From a bacterium (GTDB lineage: Bacteria; RBG-13-61-14; DATKZS01): a stretch of DNA of 13,751 nucleotides. The notes under the pieces are model-generated. The model was not told where the DNA came from, searched no databases, and saw only the letters and a program-made list of their open reading frames with translations. The stretch spans positions 1-13,751 of the forward strand of contig JAWOBU010000103.1 in NCBI GenBank assembly GCA_046484135.1, written 5' to 3'. Positions 1 to 5,970 of the stretch are shown in pieces; position 1 is the stretch's first letter, and the number at the start of each line of letters is the position of its first letter. Made by a program: the position numbers and the translations under genes.

Positions 1-320
1 AGGGCGTCAATGGCCTTGAGCTCCGGGTCCTTGATCCGCTTTTGCGACCACGAACGATTGAAGTCTAAAAGACCGCTACGGGTCCCGGCGATAAACTCCT
101 CCATCTCGCTCAAGGACAGCACCCCCGCCGGCACCTCGGGAACGCCCGTCAATTCATGGAGCGGGGCATCCACCGCGCCGGAGAAATCATACCCCGACAT
201 GATCTCCTCCAAAACCTGCGACGCCAATTCCCCCTTTTGCCTTTTGCTCAGACTCTTCCACCCCGGAAATTTCGCCTTGAGTTGATTTTTCACCGACCTC
301 TTGATATCTTTTTCATGCAT
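1..320 (-). CDS. Probable DDE-type IS transposase, N-terminal 106 codons (runs off the window start)
   Basis: Manual translation from ATG at 320: MHEKDIKRSVKNQLKAKFPGWKSLSKKQKGELASQVLEEIMSGYDFSGAVDAPLHELTGVPEVPAGVLSLSEMEEFIAGTRSGLLDFNRSWSQKRIKDPELKAIDA. No stop before the window edge (so absent from the ORF track). RBS GGGAGG at 327-332 and a TATAAT at 355-360 on the minus strand. The N-terminus resembles, from memory, deltaproteobacterial transposases beginning MHHKxIKxxxxxQLKxxxPxWKxL. The catalytic domain is outside the window. Confidence 0.7.
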   Translation of the reverse strand, partial: MHEKDIKRSVKNQLKAKFPGWKSLSKRQKGELASQVLEEIMSGYDFSGAVDAPLHELTGVPEVPAGVLSLSEMEEFIAGTRSGLLDFNRSWSQKRIKDPELKAIDA

Positions 321-422
321 GGAAAGCCTCCCTGTAATCTTTTTCGTACATTCCATTATACAGGCTTTTCATGCATAAACCTACAGTTTTATTGCTTATT
401 CAGCAATTTTTTTAAACAGGCT
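1..422 (-). mobile_element. Left end of the putative IS element, with a candidate terminal inverted repeat AGCCTGTTTAAAAAAA (minus strand, 407-422)
   Basis: Lies ~100 bp upstream of the transposase start. Resembles IS5/IS1182-type ends and the TIRs of the adjacent MITE (GAGCCTYTTGCAAAA). The partner end is not in the window. Confidence 0.45.
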
Positions 423-510
423 TTGTAAACATTTGAACTTTAGAAAACATACATTGCGGGTTGATTTGTTTCTACCAGGATGAGCCTTTTGCAAAAAGAG
501 CGAAGAAAAG

Positions 511-591
511 GTGGGAGAGACCTCCCTGTCTGCGTGCGGACACGCACAGGCAGGCAGGTCTCGATGATCGCGAGCTGGAGCTCGCTCCCAC
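511..591. repeat. Inverted REP doublet (REPIN-like) of the GTGGGAG type inside the MITE
   Basis: REP1 is GTGGGAGAGACCTC|CAGGTCTCGA (511-564, split by a 30-bp insert). REP2 on the minus strand is GTGGGAGCGAGCTCCAGCTCGCGA (568-591). Both are 24 nt once the insert is removed, with compensatory stem changes (AGAC/GTCT vs CGAG/CTCG). Confidence 0.75.
525..554. repeat. 30-bp hairpin insert CCTGTCTGCGTGCGGACACGCACAGGCAGG
   Basis: Removing it exactly restores a 24-nt REP. Folds as CCTGTCT/AGGCAGG plus GTGCG/CGCAC. Confidence 0.65.
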
Positions 592-754
592 CATCCAAAG
601 CCTTCCTTGCCATCTCGATAATCAGACTTTTGCAAGAGGCTCGGGATGTTAAAACAAGAAACGAATCTCCAATCTGGTGAACACTTCGGGTTATAGGAAT
701 TTCAATGAGCACAGATGATCTAAGTTATTTAGAAGGAACGCCGGAAAGTTATGT

Positions 755-784
755 CCTGCCTGCGCCGCGGCTTTGGCAGGCGGG
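755..784. repeat. Second 30-bp CCTGCC...GGCAGG-type hairpin
   Basis: CCTGCCTGCGCCGCGGCTTTGGCAGGCGGG; 9-bp stem CCTGCCTGC/GCAGGCGGG (one G-T pair). GC-rich island in AT-rich flanks, same length and similar termini as 525-554. Confidence 0.55.
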
Positions 785-877
785 GTTGACTCCATCTCGA
801 TATTTGGCAAAAGGAAAATCGCGCAAATAATTCTCCGTTGCAACTACTAGAGGATCACATAAAAGTTTATAAGTTGC

Positions 878-915
878 ATGCAAGCGACGGAAGTCGCGAC
901 TCGAGACTCTCGCAC
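878..915. repeat. Degenerate copy of a 38-bp REP-like palindrome (paired with 13568-13605)
   Basis: ATGCAAGCGACGGAAGTCGCGACTCGAGACTCTCGCAC matches 13568-13605 at 30/38 positions without gaps, including an identical core CGGAAGTCGCGACT. Confidence 0.65.
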
Positions 916-1004
916 AAAAAACTGCTTCTTGGAAGCGACAAAAACAATTGTGGACAAACACTGCCTGGAGATGAAAAGGCAGCGCCGGAAAACGCCGAAA
1001 GTTT

Positions 1005-1038
1005 CCTTTCCGCCTTGGCAAAGGCTTCGGCGGAGGGG
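1005..1038 (-). repeat. GC-rich hairpin (TCCGCCGAAGCC...GGCGGA REP-like type) immediately 3' of tRNA-Pro; may act as terminator or processing stem
   Basis: CCTTTCCGCC...GGCGGAGGGG inverted arms a few nt downstream of the tRNA CCA end. No clear U-tract. Confidence 0.45.
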
Positions 1039-1043
1039 TTTGA

Positions 1044-1120
1044 TGGTCGGGGCGACTGGATTTGAACCAGCGACTTCCTGCTCCCGAAGCAGGCGCGCTA
1101 CCAGGCTGCGCTACGCCCCG
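1044..1120 (-). tRNA. tRNA-Pro (anticodon CGG)
   Basis: Reverse complement CGGGGCGTAGCGCAGCCTGGTAGCGCGCCTGCTTCGGGAGCAGGAAGTCGCTGGTTCAAATCCAGTCGCCCCGACCA, 77 nt. Acceptor stem CGGGGCG/CGCCCCG, anticodon arm CCTGC-TTCGGGA-GCAGG, T-loop GGTTCAAATCC, encoded CCA. Confidence 0.98.
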
Positions 1121-1131
1121 GCTACACGGCT

Positions 1132-1160
1132 ACTATAGTTAACCTGACCGGGTTTGTCAA
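1132..1160 (-). promoter_or_regulatory. Sigma70-type promoter of tRNA-Pro
   Basis: TTGACA (1160-1155), 17-nt spacer, TATAGT (1137-1132), ending 11 nt before the tRNA 5' end. Confidence 0.85.
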
Positions 1161-1462
1161 CCTGCACGAAGCGCAGAAGCGCAGAAGTTGCCTCGTTTTC
1201 CCAAACTTCGAAAACACTTCAATAGCTCGCCGGCGAAAAGAAACCCGTAAAGATACGGCCGGCTTGTTAACCCATTCGTTCGCAGACGCACGGGCAGGGC
1301 CGTCCGGAGGATATGCGACTTTTTTCGCTTCCATCTTCTCCAATCTTTACCCTCTACTGTTAAAGTAAATTTAAAAGTTAAGCTGGAAAATCGGTGTAAC
1401 TCCTTAAACCCAAGGCTCCCTCCTGGAAATCGTTCCTGCCTCCGGTTAACATAAGGACGGCA

Positions 1463-2833
1463 ATGAACAAGAATTCTCCAAAAGGCCCGGCCAAGGGCAG
1501 CGCCCGGTCCATGGCTTTTCATGCCTTGTGGAGGGTACAAGCACAGGACGCTTTTGCCGACATCGTGCTCGACAACCTCTTTAAGCGGCATCGGCCTGCG
1601 GGGGCGGAGAAGTCTCTCGCCCACGAGCTCGTGTTCGGCGTGCTCCGGCACCGTTCATATCTCGATCATTACCTCGGGCAGGTTGCGGACCGTCCCCTTT
1701 CCAAGATCGAAAGAAGGACGCTCCTGGCCCTCCGGCTCGGGGCCTACCAGTTGTTTTTTCTCTCGCGGGTGCCCCAAAGCGCGGCCGTGGACGAGAGCGT
1801 TTCGCTGGCGCCTTCCAGCTCGCGCGGCTTTGTGAACGCAGTGCTCCGGTCGCTCGCATCGGGGGAGAAAAAGCTGCAAGCTCCGGAGAGCATAAGGGAC
1901 CCTGCCGAGAGGACCGCGGCCATGTACTCCCATCCGCTCTGGATGGTAAAGGACTGGACGGAAAGACTCGGCGAGGACGGCGCCGCCGAGCTGTGCCGGG
2001 CGAACAACATAAAGCCTCCGCTTAGCTTACGCATAAACGGCATGCGCACGGGCCGGGAGGTTTTTATCCGTCTTTTGTCGAAACACGGCATTGAGGTCCG
2101 GCCGGGGAAGCTGTCTCCTTTGGCGGTGATTGTTCCCGATCCGGTACCGGTGCGCGATCTTCCCGGCTTTGACGACGGTCTGTTCCAGGTGCAGGACGAG
2201 GCCAGCCAGCTCCCGCCGCTTTTGCTGGGGCCTCGGCCCGGCGAGACGGTGCTGGACGCCTGCGCGGCTCCGGGGACCAAGAGCCTGGAGCTGGCCCAGC
2301 TCATGGAGGGCAAAGGCAGGATACTGGCGCTGGACGTTCACAAGGGGCGTCTGGAGCGTCTACTGCCGGAGGCCCGCCGGCTGGGCCTGGACAACGTAAC
2401 CACCATGGAGGGAGACGCTTCGCTTTCCCTTAAGAAGTCGCTCCCGCGCGGCTTTCGGGGCGTACTTTTCGACCGGGTGTTGGTGGACGCGCCCTGTACC
2501 GGCACGGGCATCATCCGCCGCTCGCCGGAGATAAAATGGAGACGAAAGCCGGAGGACGCATATACCCAAGGCGAGCTCCAAAGGTCCATTCTTCTCAACG
2601 TGGCCAAATGGCTGAAGCCGGGAGGCGTGCTGGTTTACTCGACCTGCACCTTCACCTTGGAAGAGAACGAGAAAGTGATATCCTCGCTTCTGGAGACCGG
2701 CGGGTTCGAACAGGAAGACCCGGCCTGCCACCTGCCGCAAGCCGCTTCAGTAACTTCCCACAAGATGCTCCGCACCTTTCCCCACCTGACCGGAACGGAC
2801 GGCTTCACCGTGTTCCGGCTCCGGCGGAAGTAG
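1463..2833 (+). CDS. rsmB: 16S rRNA (cytosine967-C5)-methyltransferase RsmB/Sun
   Basis: 456 aa. NusB-like N-terminal domain (ELVFGVLRHRSYLD, LRLGAYQL, GFVNAVLR) and RNA m5C methyltransferase motifs QDEASQL, DACAAPGTK, DAPCTGTG, YSTCT, TDGF. AAGGA RBS upstream. Confidence 0.95.
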   Translation: MNKNSPKGPAKGSARSMAFHALWRVQAQDAFADIVLDNLFKRHRPAGAEKSLAHELVFGVLRHRSYLDHYLGQVADRPLSKIERRTLLALRLGAYQLFFLSRVPQSAAVDESVSLAPSSSRGFVNAVLRSLASGEKKLQAPESIRDPAERTAAMYSHPLWMVKDWTERLGEDGAAELCRANNIKPPLSLRINGMRTGREVFIRLLSKHGIEVRPGKLSPLAVIVPDPVPVRDLPGFDDGLFQVQDEASQLPPLLLGPRPGETVLDACAAPGTKSLELAQLMEGKGRILALDVHKGRLERLLPEARRLGLDNVTTMEGDASLSLKKSLPRGFRGVLFDRVLVDAPCTGTGIIRRSPEIKWRRKPEDAYTQGELQRSILLNVAKWLKPGGVLVYSTCTFTLEENEKVISSLLETGGFEQEDPACHLPQAASVTSHKMLRTFPHLTGTDGFTVFRLRRK

Positions 2834-2948
2834 GCGCAGGCTAAAATGCGCGAGAGTGTTGTTCAAAAGATGAGACAAGGCGATTAACTGTATCACGCAG
2901 AGACGCCAAAGCGCAGCGAAGGGGGGAATTTCCGGGCTTGCAAGGGAC

Positions 2949-5717
2949 TTACTCTTCCGGCACGGACTCTCCGCTCATGAAGTCGGGCATTGTGGTCCTG
3001 GTGATCTCTTCCAGTGTGGTTACCCCGTCCCTGACCTTTTGCAGTCCTGCCTGGCGCAGGGTAAGCATTCCTTGCCCCATGGCTTCGTGCTTGAGCTCGG
3101 TGGGGGTGGCGCCGTTAAGGATGAGATCGGCGATTTCTCCCTTGACGGTAAGGACCTCGTAAATGCCCACCCTGCCTTTAAAGCCCCGGTCCACGCACTG
3201 AGGACAGCCCACCGCAGTGTAAGCCACGAAGTCGTCAATCTCTTCCTCCGGCACGCCCACCTGCAACAGGGCCTTCCTGTCCAGTTCTTCCGGTTCTTTG
3301 CAGTGGTCGCACAGCCTTCGGACCAGCCTCTGACTTAAGATGCCGTTCATGGATGCTGTGATAAGGAAGGGCTCGACCCCCATGTTCAGAAGCCGGTTGA
3401 TGGTGCTGGGCGCGTCGTTGGTATGCACGGTGGAGAGCACGATATGTCCGGTAAGCGCGGCCTTGACCGCAATCTCCGCGGTCTCGAAGTCGCGGATTTC
3501 CCCCACCATGATCACGTCCGGGTCCTGCCGGAGAAAGGACCGGAGGGCGTAAGCGAAGTTGAGTCCTATATCGTCGTGCATCTGGACCTGGTTGATTCCT
3601 TCCATGTAATACTCGATGGGGTCCTCGGCAGTGGACACGTTGTCGCTTATCTTGTTGAGCTCGATCAGCGCCGAGTACAGGGTGGTGGTTTTTCCGGACC
3701 CGGAAGGCCCGGTAACCAGGACCATTCCGTAGGGCTGCTTGAACGCCCACCTGAAGTCGTTCAATTGCGGCTGGAGCATGCCGAGCTTGGTCAGGTCGAG
3801 CTGGAGGCTTTCTTTGTCGAGTATGCGCATGACCATCTTTTCTCCCCACAAGGTGGGAAGGGTGCTCACGCGGAAGTCTATTTTTTTTCCTTTCATCTTG
3901 ACGGAGACGCGGCCGTCCTGGGGAAGCCTTCTTTCTGCGATGTTGAGCTTGGCCAGTATCTTGATCCTGGAGACAATGGCGTTTCTCAGCTTGTAGGGCG
4001 GAGAGAGGATATGGTAGAGCACGCCGTCAATCCGGTAGCGGACGCGGAAGGCGTTCTCGTAGGGCTCGAAGTGTACGTCGGAAGCCCCCTTGCCCAGGGC
4101 GTCGTGAAGAATCTGGTTTACGAGCTTGACCACCGGCGCCGACTCCGAGTCCGTCTCCACGGTAGCAAGATCAAAGTCTTCTTCGTAGTCGCCCATCTCG
4201 ATGTCGGAGTCGTCAAAGCTGGCCATTACGTCCTCCAGCATCTCCGCGGAGTCGTGATACCTCTCTATGGCCTCCTTGATCTCGTTCTCCGTCGCCACCA
4301 CCACGTCAATGTTAAGGCCGGTCAGAAACTTGAGCTCGTCCACCGTCTCGATGTTGCTGGGATCGGACATGGCAACTACGAGGGTGGCCCCCGTCCGGTT
4401 AATCGGTATCACTTTGTGTTTAAGAGATGTTTCCTCCGGCACCAGGCTGACGATGTCCTGGTCCAGCTCCAGATCCGAAAGCTTGATGGCCGGGACCTTG
4501 AAATGCTCGGACAGGACCGTGTGCACGTCCTCGTCTTTGATGGCCCCCATCTCCAGAAGACTGTTCAAGAAGCTGGTCCCTTCCGTCCGCATCCGGGTGT
4601 AAGCCTCCTGAAGCTGGTTGCCGTCAATGAGCTGGTTCTTGACCATGAGCTCGCCGAGCCTTGAAGCTCCCTGGCTGGAGCGGCTGGAAAGGTAGGCCTC
4701 GAGGGCCGCGGACTTGTTCTCCATGAAAAGCTCGGCAGCAGGAGAGATCTCGATCTGACGGTCCTCGTATACGGTCAGGTCCTTGGTGGCGGCCTCCTCG
4801 CTCGACTCGCCCCCCCTGCTCTTTTCACTCAGGTAATCGCCCACCAGCCGGGCAAAATCCTCGCCCTCCCCAGAAGAAGACTCCGCGGAAGCGGCTTCTT
4901 CATCCAGCTCGGAGAGCTCGATCGTCTTGGTCTTCCTCCGGAGTCCCTCGCCCTCCTCTGCCTTTACGTTACGAAGGGTCTGGACCTCGGCCACCTCCAC
5001 CAGGCCGGTGACCAAAAGCGCGTACAGAACCTTGAGGGTAGGGGTCAGCCCGAGATTACTCGAGCCGATGACGTGGGGGAAAGCCTTGCCTTCACCGATG
5101 CTGCGGACAAAAGTAAGCTCATCCTCCAGAAAAGGGATATTGTCCTTGCGCCTCTCAAAGTCGCGGGAAAGACGAAGGCCTTTTTCCCGCAGGAACTCGA
5201 ACTCCTTCTCAAGCTGGCCGATGGAGTGGTGCTGCTTAACTCCCCGGTACACGATCTCGTCCGGGTTTATCTTGTACATGGGAACGTCGTGGTTGAACTG
5301 GGCCACCGCCTCCTCCTGGAAGCGGAAGAAGCCCGCGGTCAGGGAAAAACAGGAGATGAGCTTCTGCTTGACCTGGTAAACCAGAAGCTCGTGAAGCTGG
5401 TCCGAGTTGATGATCCCCTTTTCTATCAGTACCTGACCGATCTGCTTCTGGTTCAAAGCCGTCTCGTCAATGATCTCGTCAAGCCGGTCCTCGTTGAGAA
5501 CACCGCGGGAGAGGAGTATCTGGCCCAGGCTCTCTTGCAGAGGACCGAACTTTACATAGCTCGTGTCGCCCCCCAAAAAGAAAATCTGCTTTTGTAAAAG
5601 CTCGTCCTTTTCGTCAATGATGTCCATTATGCCCGTCCGGCCATTACCGGCGATGGCGTAATAGACCTTGGCAAACGAGTAGTCCTGGAAGCTTCCTTTG
5701 TGGACGGGATCGGGCAT
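2949..5717 (-). CDS. pilB: Type IV pilus assembly ATPase PilB (GspE/PulE family) with a ~350-aa N-terminal extension (DUF4388-like domain plus acidic linker)
   Basis: 922 aa. Residues ~350-922 are a complete PilB: ASRLGELMV MshEN start, ASDVHFEP, RIDGVL, AERRLPQDGR, Walker A GPSGSGKT, TAEDPIEY, Walker B LRQDPDVIMVGEIRD, His box TGHIVLSTVHTNDA, Zn motifs CDHC/CPQC. RBS GAGG at 5721-5724. Confidence 0.9.
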   Translation of the reverse strand: MPDPVHKGSFQDYSFAKVYYAIAGNGRTGIMDIIDEKDELLQKQIFFLGGDTSYVKFGPLQESLGQILLSRGVLNEDRLDEIIDETALNQKQIGQVLIEKGIINSDQLHELLVYQVKQKLISCFSLTAGFFRFQEEAVAQFNHDVPMYKINPDEIVYRGVKQHHSIGQLEKEFEFLREKGLRLSRDFERRKDNIPFLEDELTFVRSIGEGKAFPHVIGSSNLGLTPTLKVLYALLVTGLVEVAEVQTLRNVKAEEGEGLRRKTKTIELSELDEEAASAESSSGEGEDFARLVGDYLSEKSRGGESSEEAATKDLTVYEDRQIEISPAAELFMENKSAALEAYLSSRSSQGASRLGELMVKNQLIDGNQLQEAYTRMRTEGTSFLNSLLEMGAIKDEDVHTVLSEHFKVPAIKLSDLELDQDIVSLVPEETSLKHKVIPINRTGATLVVAMSDPSNIETVDELKFLTGLNIDVVVATENEIKEAIERYHDSAEMLEDVMASFDDSDIEMGDYEEDFDLATVETDSESAPVVKLVNQILHDALGKGASDVHFEPYENAFRVRYRIDGVLYHILSPPYKLRNAIVSRIKILAKLNIAERRLPQDGRVSVKMKGKKIDFRVSTLPTLWGEKMVMRILDKESLQLDLTKLGMLQPQLNDFRWAFKQPYGMVLVTGPSGSGKTTTLYSALIELNKISDNVSTAEDPIEYYMEGINQVQMHDDIGLNFAYALRSFLRQDPDVIMVGEIRDFETAEIAVKAALTGHIVLSTVHTNDAPSTINRLLNMGVEPFLITASMNGILSQRLVRRLCDHCKEPEELDRKALLQVGVPEEEIDDFVAYTAVGCPQCVDRGFKGRVGIYEVLTVKGEIADLILNGATPTELKHEAMGQGMLTLRQAGLQKVRDGVTTLEEITRTTMPDFMSGESVPEE

Positions 5718-5970
5718 AGTCCTCTCTTTATAAATTGATGTAAAAAGGCGGCCGGAAGAATGGCGTCAATGAATAAAGACCTCTATAGATGTCTTTCCCA
5801 CATCCGTTCAAACCTCGGTCCTTTCCGCGTGAAAATACCCCCTGAACACCCCCTGCCTATTATTAATAACATCAGCCCCCAAGTGCGTCAAGAAGCATTC
5901 GAAATAAGGGCCCGCCTATGCGCACGCCGCTGCTCCAACCCTTTAAAACCGAAGCGAAAACAGAGGCTTT

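Larger units (their letters stand above)
482..642. mobile_element. 161-bp non-autonomous MITE with 15-bp TIRs
   Basis: GAGCCTTTTGCAAAA (482-496) and TTTTGCAAGAGGCTC (628-642) are inverted repeats matching at 14/15. Flanks AGGAT (477-481) and GGGAT (643-647) form a near-perfect target duplication. No credible internal ORF. Confidence 0.75.

Noticed and set aside
10..428. Plus-strand 91-aa and 90-aa ORFs
   Set aside because: Antisense to the better supported minus-strand transposase frame.
423..877. Possible pseudogene interrupted by the MITE and hairpin
   Set aside because: Joining the flanks gives only short frames with stops and no recognisable family.
838..1138. 75-aa and 86-aa ORFs
   Set aside because: They run through repeats and antisense into the tRNA ([18 protein letters not shown] is a typical tRNA antisense translation).
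1122..1343. 73-aa minus-strand ORF with a GGAG before an internal ATG
   Set aside because: It overlaps the tRNA promoter, has no recognisable domain and an unconvincing composition.
3423..4664. 413-aa plus-strand ORF
   Set aside because: Antisense shadow of pilB.
5718..5970. c-di-GMP riboswitch upstream of pilB
   Set aside because: No GEMM-type GGCAAAC...GAAA...GACGCAAAG or class II pattern seen by eye on the minus strand.
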